In this document: piece after piece, positions 11,228 through 22,593 of the stretch
Position numbering within the stretch: the first letter of the stretch is position 1
How the letters are laid out: each line of letters begins with the position of its first letter
From: Octopus bimaculoides
Lineage: Eukaryota
Length of the DNA: 57,979 nt
Direction: 5' to 3'
NCBI RefSeq assembly: GCF_001194135.2
Contig: NC_068992.1
Span: 36,371,150-36,429,128 of the forward strand
The notes under the pieces: generated by a model
The model's input: only the letters and a program-made list of their open reading frames with translations
What the model was told of the DNA's origin: nothing
Database searches by the model: none
Position numbers and translations under genes: made by a program

Positions 11228-14200
11228 CCTTACACAGTGTAAGTAAAAATGCATCGGAGTCTTTAGTCATCTGTCAAGTCACAACAAAGACCTCAGACAG
11301 ATAATACTTTCCTTAAGATGTGCACTGTGCCCAATAAGGCTGCTTTTTGCAAGACATCAATCTTGCATGGGATTTCCAGTTGCCTTAAAAAGTCTTGAAG
11401 CTTCAATGGGATTCAGTCTAACGCTCGGATCACTACTAGCATCACTTTTACATTACTCTCTCGCATTCCATACAATTTTGCCATTTCCACTTTCAATTCG
11501 GAGTACTTGGTGATTTTTTCAACCTCTTTACTCACAACATTCATGTCATTTGGTATGGCTACATCAATGATCTGATAGCATTTGTCTTTCTTATTCAATA
11601 TGACAATATCCAGCCGACGGTGTTCGATTACACGATCCGTCTGAAAATCATAGTGCCAGAGTATCGTTACTTTTCCATCCTCCTGCATAACTTAACTTGG
11701 TACGTGCTCATACCAGTTCTCTGTTACTTCATATTGGTATTTACGGCATTAGAGTCAATGAAGATACACATACACTTTATCGTGGCGGCGTTTGTATTCT
11801 TTTTGTATTCTTTTTGTGCACTCACCAAGTGGGTCACATTTTTCACACTCTTCACACAGAGTCTGCATTTCTGGGTGTCTGTGCAGCAATGATCAGGCTT
11901 TCAGTGGTACTCTTTAAATCACCTCGCTCAAGCCATGCCCACTATGCTGTATTATCCTTAACGTTTTATGTATTCCCTTCAAACAGTCTATGCTTTCTCA
12001 TTTCAAGAAGGTCTTTTTTTCTCTTCTCCTTAGCTCTTTGGTTAAACTCTGCCTTGCCCATCATTTCATCTGTATTTACATCTATGTCTTTCGGGGCATA
12101 TTGCAGCAGGTCTCACACTATTTATCAAATACTCGGCAAGCGTTCTCCTTTCGCTCCTTATACAATGGGCTATACTAATTAGTTCTCTGCCACTATTCCT
12201 TCTTTTCATATACAGTCTGTTTACGTTTGCTTTAGGGTGTAGCACCCCATGCAGCGTCATCAACTTTCTCGTCCTTCTATCCATTGTTGGTATTTCCTCC
12301 TTAGCCCATTTGAGGATGGACGCACTATACCTGACCACCGCAACAGCCCAGATATTCATTGCGGTAATCAAATTTTTGGCATTCAGGTTGGATTTCAACA
12401 CCATCTTCACCCTTTTTTGATACACCTCGCTGACCCTGACTTTCATTTCTCTGTTTAGAATGTCATCCAGCGCCAAAATCTCTAATTATCTATACCCACT
12501 ACCGTCGGATTCACCTGTGGTCTCTCATGATGGTAACTGCAATCCTCTCCAGGCTGCTTTCTTCCCTCTTTACATATTAAGTACTGAACAACTGAAGATC
12601 CCAAATTCCATACCGATGTCCCTACCACACTTTTGGACTATTTTGGCTAAGAAACGTATCTGTTTTTCAGATTTCCCAATTTCAGGTCATCCATAAACAG
12701 AAGATGGTTCAGTGATGGGCCTTCCTCCCCATATCCGTAACCCATCTTAACTTTCCTAAGTGTCATTGTTATGGGTATTAGTGCAATTACAAAAAGTAAC
12801 GGAGAAAACGAATCACGTTGGAAGATTCCCCTTTTAATATTAATTTCTCCAAAGAATACATTACTTGAGTATTATTTGGTTTCCGAATCTTTCATGCTAT
12901 GCATCAGAAAATTTGTGATGTTGTCAGCAACACCAAACATCTGCAGGCATTCAACGATCCAAGAATGAGACATCATATCACATGCCTTCTTAAAGTCAAT
13001 CCAAGTTATAGACATGTTTGTATGATGTTTTCTACAATGCCTCAAAACTGTTTTATTGATGACCAGGTGATCCTTGGTACCCTGAGAACTCTTCCTACAT
13101 CCTTTTTGTTCCCTTGGTAGTATTTCTTCCTGTGCCAGGTAAGTGTGTCTTTGCTGCACATATTCCAGTGAGTATCTTCCAGATTATGTTTAGGCATGTT
13201 ATGGGACGGTAGTTTCCCACAATATTCACCTTTTTGGAAACATTCATTTGGGCTAGTCTTTCATGCACCGCGTGGCATCTCTTCACCCAGAAGCCATGAA
13301 TCCCATCTGGTCCGGGGCCTTTCCATTTAGGCACTTTACCCACTTGTTCTCTCACGTCACTCGTGCTTATGACAATATTCATTTGTTGTTTTCCGCCTTG
13401 TAATTCTGTCTTGATAGTTCTTATCCACATTGCATCCCTTTTATGCACCACATTGTTTCACCATAATCTGCTTCAGAATTCCTTGGCTTGATTTGCATCA
13501 GGAGCAACGTTTACCTCATTGTCTCTTTCTAACGTTCGGAAGAATTGCTTCGGGTTATTTTTGAGCAATCTGTTCTTGAACTGCTTATTTCTGTTCACAA
13601 ATCTTCTGATCTGACTTTTTGCCATGATCCTCTGTTTTAACTGCGCTATTACTGTATCAAACCCGTTATTCCGTATTTTGTATTTCTTCCCTAATTTTTC
13701 TAGGTCGGTGTTTTTCCCCTTTTTCCAGTTTCCTCTTAACCATTGCTCAGTTTTTCCTAGATCTTGCCTTGCCCGCATTATGTCCCTATCAATGCGTCGT
13801 TTCCACCATGGTTCTTTTACTCCACCATTATTTCTTTTCTCAAGTTGTAATTTCTCCTCAGCAAGTAGTGCAATAGTCCGGAGAAGGTTCCTTGTTTGTG
13901 TTACGTTCTCCGTCTGGATGTATGGTATGACAGTATTTATATTTTGTGTTACTTTATTTATCATACTCTTATCTACCCTTTTCATATTCATGGGGATTTT
14001 TTCTCCTGGATTCATCAAGTCGGTGAGTCGTCTTTGAATTTCAAGTAATTCACTATCTAGTTGGTTCATTTCCCCTGCATGTCCACCCACCACAGTATCA
14101 GGGTTCACTGTATAACGTTCTTGTTCCTCTACGAGCTACAACTCCATCACCATTCCCCTGTTCATCCTGTCTACTCTTCTCCCTGCTTTCAACTCCTACC

Positions 14201-14690
14201 TCTCTGTTTTCAACTCCGACCATCCTTTGTAGCCCATCCGCAGGGTCTCTCAGACTCTCACTAATCCGAAATATTTCTACTCCAGTTAAGTAACCCTTCC
14301 TCCTAATCACTATCACATGGTTTATTAGTTTATTTTCCGACATTGGACACATGTCATTTTCCATCCGAAATTTCAATGTACGTCGGACTACCCCATGACT
14401 TCTTTCCAGCTTTGCTCTTTCATGACATTCGATAAGTGTATCGTACTCTTCCTTCGTCTACTTATGTCTGCTTTTGCGCACACCATGTATGTGATCTGTT
14501 GTGACAACGACGGTCCTAGGCCAGATCACTGCCCCTGATGCAGGCGGTTTCGGACGTGCAGGGCGGGAAACCTTCACCATGATCGGCTATAGCTTCATTC
14601 TCGCCGTTAATTCTCTCCTTGTGTTGTATCATGATTTCATGTTTCGTTCGTGGGGTTCCCACGAGACTTATTACTGAGATCCCATCTCTC
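11228..14690 (-). mobile_element. Full-length, decayed R4/Dong-clade non-LTR retrotransposon (Myb-like N-terminus, RT, CCHC, REL)
   Basis: N-terminus K*TKEEYDTLIEC...ENKLINHVIVIRRKGYLTGVEI. RT motifs YRPITCLN, WIDFKKACDMMSHSWI, GIFQRDSFSPLLF and FMDD (12686-12697). Zinc finger CRLC...H. REL motifs RRLDIVI...IIDVAIPND...KEVEKITKY. The ORF ends ALLGTVHILRKVLSV* (TGA at 11293-11295). A short (TTA)3 tract sits at the 3' junction. Confidence 0.9.
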
Positions 14691-14850
14691 TTTTCCTCTC
14701 TTTATTTGTATATACACATGCACATGTATGTACACACACATATAATATAACGTGCTTGCATTGTGTCACCTCTGTAACCACAGTGATTATCATTACCACC
14801 ATCGCTCTACCTATAGCATTTAAAATTATCAATAATAATATGGGTCCTGG

Positions 14851-15120
14851 TATATTGCAGCAGATCTTCGTTACTATTTATCAAATACTCGGCAAACGTT
14901 CTCCTTTCACTCCTTATACAATGGTCTATGCTAATCAGTCCTCTGCCACCAATCTTTCTTTCCATACACAGTCTGTTTACGTTTGCAGTTAGCACTTAAT
15001 ATTATCTTTTGCGCTCCCTGCATGAATGGTGATCCAGGGGTCATTCTCAACTAAATTTTACTTCCTTTATTGGTCATTTCAAGTGCTCCCACAAGCACTG
15101 GTTTTGTAACCGTCTTGAGA
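14851..15120 (-). mobile_element. Two R4-clade fragments fused out of order
   Basis: 14987-15120 encodes KTVTKPVLVGALEMTNKG...PGSPFMQGAQKIIL (REL C-terminus). It is joined to 14851-14986, encoding ANVNRLCMERKIGGRGLISIDHCIRSERRTFAEYLINSNEDLLQY, which is homologous to 12100-12235. Confidence 0.7.
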
Positions 15121-15400
15121 GTAGAAGAAAGAGAAGCAGCTTGGGGAACAAAACCAAATTCTACAGGTCTGTAAATACATTCGGCTGATGGTAAGGAGAT
15201 CCGCAGTGGGCATTCCTGTGCGATAAGGAGACAAACGAGGCCTCACACCCTTGGGGGTCAGCAGAGGTCAAATATGTTTACTACGAATAGGGCTTAATGA
15301 GAGCGCTGACCTTGGTCTTGAGATGAACCAGTTCACTTTGTTCTATTTTTAATTTATTATTATTCTTTTATATTTTTTCTCCGTGCATTTAAATGCGTTG

Positions 15401-15830
15401 TTGCAATAAAAGATATGTTTACATATTCGGATAGTCAGGGAGAAAAGAAAGATGAAACTTTCACAGAAAACTGTAGATACTAAAGGTTTTAAATTTTCTA
15501 GAGATGTTCGTTTGTATATCCGATCAGAAAAGACTGTCGTGTTTTTGCAATAAAAAGGATGTTTATATTTTCGAATACTCAGGGAGAAAGGAAAGAAAAG
15601 AAAAGGAGAGTAAAATTTTCAGATAAAATTGAAGATATTAAAGTTTTAAGATTCACTGAAGATGAACTTTTGTATGTCCAAACTGAGAAAACTGTAGTGT
15701 TCTTAGAATAAAAAAGGATGTTTACTGAGGGAAAAAGGAAAGGATAGGTATTCACAGAAGTTGTAGATATAAAAGTTTTTAAAGCTGATCGTTTGTGTGT
15801 TCGGTAACTGTAGATATGAAAGTTTCTTAT
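15401..15830. repeat. Degenerate tandem repeat, about three units of 144-158 bp
   Basis: Unit starts TTGCAATAAAA(G)GATATGTTTA (15401), TTGCAATAAAAAGGATGTTTA (15545) and TTAGAATAAAAAAGGATGTTTA (15703). The internal motifs CAGGGAGAAA and TGTAGATA..AAAG.TTTT are shared. Confidence 0.6.
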
Positions 15831-15990
15831 CTTATTTTGAAGGAAATTTAAAATACTCACAGGAAATTGTAGATACTCCAGTCTTTGAGAGTTATTTTTC
15901 AGTTGTTCTACTGGGTCATATTAGTGTTTCTGTGTCTTCGACTGCTGACTGGTCAGAGCAGCGAAGTACACGTCCAGCCGTTGTCAAGGC

Positions 15991-16051
<61 letters not shown>
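15991..16051. repeat. (ATT)n microsatellite of about 20 units
   Basis: Seen directly. Confidence 0.95.
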
Positions 16052-16054
<3 letters not shown>

Positions 16055-16292
16055 TAGTTTTATTTTTATAACGTGCTTTCACTTCACTACCGAGCGCAGC
16101 TCTGTGCGCCTTGGGTATGTGCTGTGGTTTGCTGTGGTGCTCTTATGTTTACTGTATTGAAAGTGTTTTGCGTAGAATGTGTGCAGTACCCAGTAGTGCA
16201 ATTTTCTGTATGTTATATATATTTGTAAGTCCTGGTGTCTTTGTTATGTATTTGTCTGAATATTTTTTTATTATACCTAAGGCACCTACTAT
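16052..16292 (-). mobile_element. 3' end of the same young R4/Dong family as 4483-4768, running into a gap
   Basis: Near-identical to 4483-4723 (2 mismatches). It abuts (ATT)n. Confidence 0.85.
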
Positions 16293-16994
16293 NNNNNNNN
16301 NNNNNNNNNNNNNNNNNNNNNNNNNNNNNNNNNNNNNNNNNNNNNNNNNNNNNNNNNNNNNNNNNNNNNNNNNNNNNNNNNNNNNNNNNNNNNNNNNNNN
16401 NNNNNNNNNNNNNNNNNNNNNNNNNNNNNNNNNNNNNNNNNNNNNNNNNNNNNNNNNNNNNNNNNNNNNNNNNNNNNNNNNNNNNNNNNNNNNNNNNNNN
16501 NNNNNNNNNNNNNNNNNNNNNNNNNNNNNNNNNNNNNNNNNNNNNNNNNNNNNNNNNNNNNNNNNNNNNNNNNNNNNNNNNNNNNNNNNNNNNNNNNNNN
16601 NNNNNNNNNNNNNNNNNNNNNNNNNNNNNNNNNNNNNNNNNNNNNNNNNNNNNNNNNNNNNNNNNNNNNNNNNNNNNNNNNNNNNNNNNNNNNNNNNNNN
16701 NNNNNNNNNNNNNNNNNNNNNNNNNNNNNNNNNNNNNNNNNNNNNNNNNNNNNNNNNNNNNNNNNNNNNNNNNNNNNNNNNNNNNNNNNNNNNNNNNNNN
16801 NNNNNNNNNNNNNNNNNNNNNNNNNNNNNNNNNNNNNNNNNNNNNNNNNNNNNNNNNNNNNNNNNNNNNNNNNNNNNNNNNNNNNNNNNNNNNNNNNNNN
16901 NNNNNNNNNNNNNNNNNNNNNNNNNNNNNNNNNNNNNNNNNNNNNNNNNNNNNNNNNNNNNNNNNNNNNNNNNNNNNNNNNNNNNNNNNNNNNN

Positions 16995-17310
16995 AGTTAA
17001 GCATTGGGGTCGATGTGATCGATTATTCCCCTCCCCCATGATTTTAAGCCTTGTGCCCACAGTAGAAAGATTTATTATGATTGTTATTAAAGTGGTGAAC
17101 TGGCAGAAATGTTTGTGCGTCGATTTAAATGCTGTGCAGTATTCCTTCCGGCTCTTTAGGTTCTGAGTTCAGATGCCGCCTACGTTGACTTGCCTTTCAT
17201 TTTTTCAGGTCGATATGATAAGTACCCGTCAAGTACTGGAGTCGATGTGATTGACTTGCGCCATCCTCTCTAAATTGCTGGCCCTGTGCCAAAATTTGAA
17301 AAATTTATTT
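16995..17310 (+). mobile_element. SINE B 3' half followed by a complete diverged SINE B copy (17089-17310)
   Basis: GGGGTCGATGTGATCGATT...GCCTTGTGCCCACAGTAGAAAG, then GGTGAACTGGCAGAA...GTTCTGAGTTCAGATGCC...GCCCTGTGCCAAAATTTGAAA. Confidence 0.75.
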
Positions 17311-18446
17311 TTGTTGCTATTGTTTTTATTGTACCACCGGAACAATGAGACCCATAGGATTTGGATTGTGAGCGCAGAACGTTGACCGTGATTGTTATTT
17401 GGACTATGATCCTTTGCTTTGTACCGATTTGTCAACTTTCTTCTTAGCACTGTGGATAAGCAGAATTACTAAATTATTAGTCAAAGTGTCTTGTGATATT
17501 TAGTCTCCTCGCTTTACGTCATGTTTTCTAATCCAATCAACATGAGCATTTTCTTTCATTCAATTAAATAATGTATCACTTAAGTTTCAAGTTCTAGGGT
17601 CGATGTAATAGACTGTACCCTCTCCTAAAATGCGTTATCTTCTGCTATATGTTAGAAATCTTGACATAATTCGTAAACACTCTTCCCCACACAAAAATAC
17701 TTAGAATTATTTTATATTCTTTGATCAAATTCAGCCAGGCTTTTCATTCTCTAGTCAAGTAACGAGATTGAAGTAATCGACTATGCCCCTCCCACTACAC
17801 ACCACATATCTGTGGTTTTCTGCTTATTTTAGAAATTAGAAATCACTATTAACTATTTCATTGTATGCCACTGAGGCAAACAAAATTGAATTACGAATTC
17901 GTGTTATTCATTTACGGAAGTAAATTGTTTTATCTGCAGATGTTGATCTAATTAACGCAGAAATGGAATTTTTAGTTTTTAGCTTTTCTTAAAATGGCAA
18001 AGAAAATTCCGGAAATCCCAAAATAAATTTCTTTCCTTGATTTTACTCCGTTCAAACTTTTTAATTTGTATGTACATATCTCGAGGGAAATAGCAAAATG
18101 CAATTCATTATATGTAAGTTATTAAGAGGAGTTTGAAATTAAGATGTCTTTTTATAGTTAACGCACAACTTTGCAAATATTTCGAAGGAGTTCCAGAATG
18201 GAATTTTGGTAATCCTGTCCGGAATTTCTGACATTTCATGGTTTTTAGCTATTTTTATCCAATAAACTATTAACTTGGGAGTATATCAGAATTCGCTTAT
18301 TTTTCATACATTCTTGCTTTTTCATTTGAACACACACACTTTTAAAGTGATCCATCATAATTTATATCAATACCTCCTGTATCTATGACCGCAGACAGCG
18401 AAATGTACTATACATTTATCAAAATTCACTCTTCATTTAAAAAAAA

Positions 18447-18658
18447 AATATTCTGTTCTACTCTAGGCACAAGGCCCGAAATTTTTGGGGAGAGGGCCAG
18501 TCGATTAGATCGACTCCAGTACGCATCTGGTACTTAATTTATCAACTCCGAAAGGATGAAAGGCAAAGTCGGCCACGGCAGAATTTGAACTCACAAAGTA
18601 AAGAGAGACGAAATACCGCTAAACATTTCGCCCGGCGCTTCTGCCACCTCGCCGCTTT
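18447..18658 (-). mobile_element. SINE B copy
   Basis: Reverse complement reads AAAGCGGCGAGGTGGCAGAAGCG...GAGTTCAAATTCTGCC...GGCCTTGTGCCTAGAGTAGAAC. Confidence 0.85.
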
Positions 18659-19050
18659 AAAAAATATAAGGTACACGACTAAAACCGTTATCACAAATTT
18701 CGATAGTAAAATCCGAATTGGGAGATTACTGTATCGGTAAAAATGGTTACTCCAAGAGTTGGGCGTCAGTAAGTTCAGTTGTGCAATAATAATTTGGTTG
18801 ACAATATATATGGTACAACACATTCCGTTGGTGGATTATAACACCAGCTTTTTCGAAACCACACGTCGAAAATAACAAATAAACTCGCTTAGATTTAAGA
18901 AGTGTTTTTTTTTTTACAACCTTACTCATTCTACTGTAGTTACATAAATTTCACTTAGTTAAAATTGATTAAGTTTTTTAAAGTATGAAAATATTTCAAC
19001 TATGAAAAAAATATCAGGCAAAAATAACGCTTGATTTAAACATAAACTTT

Positions 19051-19245
19051 AAGGCGGTGACCTGGCAGAATGGTTACTGCACTGGGCAAAATGCTGAGGA
19101 GCATTTATTCTGGGTTTAAGCTCTGCGTTCAAATGTTGCAGGGTCATCGTTATCTTTCGTCTTATCAGGGTCGAAGAGAGCTGTGGTCGAAATCATCGAC
19201 AAGTGCCCCAACCAAAATTTCAGGCCTTGTGTCTAAACGATTGAT
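19051..19245 (+). mobile_element. Diverged SINE B copy
   Basis: AAGGCGGTGACCTGGCAGAATGGTTACTGCACTGGGCAAAATGCT...AAAATTTCAGGCCTTGTG. Confidence 0.7.
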
Positions 19246-19500
19246 TTATTTCGAATTGCATCCGTATTTAGGCTAGTGCGCGCGCATCTATAATGAATCA
19301 AACCCTTAAAATGTCAATGCTCAGCAAAAAGTCATGATCACTTCTAGAATTTTTCATCTGTTTACATATTACTGCAAATATCAGCATATTGACAAAGTGA
19401 ACATGGGTGGTATTAACTACTATTCAACATTGCGTCTCTGCCTCGGACTAAGCGATAAAGAATGATATTATCAATGTTTCAAGAGAATATGTCTTTAAAA

Positions 19501-19562
19501 GGCGCAGGCATGGTCGAATGTTTAAGATACTAGCTTCACAATTGTCCGTGTTTGGTCATTCC
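19501..19562 (+). mobile_element. tRNA-derived SINE head fragment (family A type)
   Basis: GGCGCAGGCATGGTCGAATGTTTAAGATACTAGCTTC... resembles the family A 5' end. Confidence 0.4.
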
Positions 19563-19597
19563 TTTATTAGCATTCTCGGATTTATAATTTTGAAATA

Positions 19598-19667
19598 CTG
19601 TACTGATGAAGGAAGTAAGTTCGGGTAATACAATTTACACCTCTTTAATCCTGAAACGCGTATGCAG
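19598..19667 (+). ncRNA. Minimal type-I hammerhead ribozyme (Penelope-type)
   Basis: Stem I CTGTA/TGCAG, CTGATGA (19603-19609), stem II AGGA/TCCT, GAAA (19653-19656), palindromic stem III ACGCGT and a GUA cleavage triplet (cut after 19662). All invariant core nucleotides are present. Confidence 0.8.
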
Positions 19668-21605
19668 CTAATCAAGGTTGGGTGAATTCGCTATTTTTTC
19701 TTTTTTGCCTTTGTAGTTGCGAGTATTGCTGTTTGGGAGTTGTATTTTGGTAGAGAAATTGTAGTTTTGACTGCTATTTCTAATTTTCATTGTGTGGTGA
19801 AGCAATTCTTCCTGAACCCTAATTTTAATTATGTTTATATAAGTTTACCGATAATGGTTTTTTAACACACCGAACTACTTGGTAAAATTACTAATTATTA
19901 ATTAATTATTAATTTTTACCGTATATCTGTATATCTATCTATATATATATATATCTATATATATATATGTATATATATGTATATGTATGTTTGTATACAA
20001 ACACACATACCCACATATATATGTATATATATGTATGTATATAAATGTGTATAAATAAATGAATATATATATATATATATATATATGCATGTGTAATCGT
20101 TTATGTACATTTGTATGAATGTGTGTGTAATAAAGAAAAGAGATGACAAACGAATAAGCGATTATCTTTTGAATTTCAGTAGTTTACAGCTGTTTCCACA
20201 ATAAGATGAAGTAGACTCGCTGTTGAGTGTCTGAGTAACACGTTACTGCTTCATCAGAGCCTCAAACATGAAGAGGGGAGAGAGAGAGGGTGATGGGACA
20301 AGAGAGAGAGAGATGCAAGGATAGCGTGAAGGCTGGGTGTAGCCCATTGATTACGAGTTCAAACCAAGGCTGCGAAGTCCGCTCATTAAGAGTGAAACCA
20401 TTTGTTCTTGTTTGTCCCTAAGTTAGTCCAAAGACGCTCTCCCTCTGATCTTCGCTCTTCTTTTAAGATGGTAGAGGCTGGTCTGATGAACTCAGAAGTA
20501 GTAAGGAAGAAATGATATTAAAGGACAGTGGATTGATAGACACTGCTGTGCATAGAACAAAATGTTTCGCAGTACTCATGGTTCTTTGTGTCCTGTATAT
20601 ATGCGTGTGTCTGTATGTACATATATATATGTGTAATATATATGTGCGCGCGCGCGTGTGTGTATAAATCATGCATGCATATAAGTTGCTTTAGGAATGG
20701 TCTTCGCATAAACTGAAGTCAATTAGCAAGCAATNNNNNNNNNNNNNNNNNNNNNNNNNNNNNNNNNNNNNNNNNNNNNNNNNNNNNNNNNNNNNNNNNN
20801 NNNNNNNNNNNNNNNNNNNNNNNNNNNNNNNNNNNNNNNNNNNNNNNNNNNNNNNNNNNNNNNNNNNNNNNNNNNNNNNNNNNNNNNNNNNNNNNNNNNN
20901 NNNNNNNNNNNNNNNNNNNNNNNNNNNNNNNNNNNNNNNNNNNNNNNNNNNNNNNNNNNNNNNNNNNNNNNNNNNNNNNNNNNNNNNNNNNNNNNNNNNN
21001 NNNNNNNNNNNNNNNNNNNNNNNNNNNNNNNNNNNNNNNNNNNNNNNNNNNNNNNNNNNNNNNNNNNNNNNNNNNNNNNNNNNNNCTGTATATATGCGTG
21101 TGTCTGTATGTACATATATATATGTGTAATATATATGTGCGCGCGCGCGTGTGTGTATAAATCATGCATGCATATAAGTTGCTTTAGGAATGGTCTTCGC
21201 ATAAACTGAAGTCAATTAGCAAGCAATTCAGTTTAGTACGTAATCTTGAATTTTTCTACTTCAAATTCCAACTGACTCTACTAAATTACGATTGAGGCCT
21301 TACATTTTTATTTTCATGTCCCTATGCAGATACGACGTATACACACCCACTCACTCACACGCGCTCACGCGTGCACACAAGCATACAATGATAAATAATA
21401 TAAATAGTTTAGCTCACAAGTGTGCTATTTATTCTACATGTGCCTATATGGCAATAACTTGTATGCACGTATGTATATATTTACGTATGTATGAATGTAT
21501 GTATGTAGGTATGTTTGTGCGTGTGTGTTCGTGTGTGTGTGACTGTCTGTCTGTTTGTATGTGTATTTGTGATGCATATGTATTTACGAATGTATGTATA
21601 TACGC

Positions 21606-21690
<85 letters not shown>

Positions 21691-22593
21691 TAGATATGTA
21701 TATATATGCCAAGTGTGTATGTATACACATATCTGCACACACTCATAGTCGCACGCGCACACACACATACATTTTCGTTGCTATAACTATTTACGAATAC
21801 TACAATCCATATGTGAAATATGTGACAATTAAATTTGACTACACAAGTGATCCACTCAATAAAGGTGAAGTTTACTTGAAATAATACTTTGCCTTTAGCT
21901 ATTATCAATTTGATTTTTATACTAAACAGATTAATTCTAGTTACGACACACTTACACACTCATATACATGATACACGTAGCACGCACACACACACACACT
22001 CACACACACACACACGCACACACACACGCACACACACACATACATACACACACNNNNNNNNNNATCAGAAAAGTGATGTAGTAGAGTTTATTGTTCATTT
22101 GCTGGAAACAGTTAGCTTCAATTTCTTGCTCCTCTGAGATTTCTGCTGGCATTCTTTTGAAGAATCGATTGAGCATTTTAATTGAAAATGTTTTACCGGA
22201 TGCATGATTTGTGACAATCTTATTGAATCACTTCAGTGATCAATTTCTTTCAGTATGACGCGAGTGGAAACATGTGTGCTGTTGCTACTGTTGTATTCCT
22301 GCTGTAGTGACTGGCACTTTATTGCACTTACAAACCTACGGATGTTAGTGTTTCTGTTTACAGGTGGAAAAAAGTATTTGACAAGAAACCGCCACACCAC
22401 TATTTTGATATTATCTCTTAGCTATTTTTCTTTGTTTAGACTGACGATCGGTTGCATAATCGAGTGTGTGTGTCTGTGTGATTTTCTGTGTGTGTGTCCG
22501 TTTGTGTGTATGTGTGTGTATATATATATTTATTTTTTTTAAATGTTGAAGTGTATTAAACATTAAAAAAATTATTTTGTAATATTTATAAAG

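Noticed and set aside
18815-18875. CGAAAC-CACAC-GTC, resembling the 3' half of a hammerhead
   Set aside because: No CUGANGA upstream and no stem II.
20206-20264. Minus-strand CTGATGA...GACA-CTC-loop-GAG-TC hammerhead-like motif
   Set aside because: The invariant GAAA reads GACA, and stems I and II have mismatches next to the core. At best it is a dead remnant, and chance cannot be excluded.
20593-21227. Exact 142-bp direct duplication (20593-20734 and 21086-21227)
   Set aside because: The copies are identical and flank a gap, which is the typical signature of unmerged overlapping contig ends.
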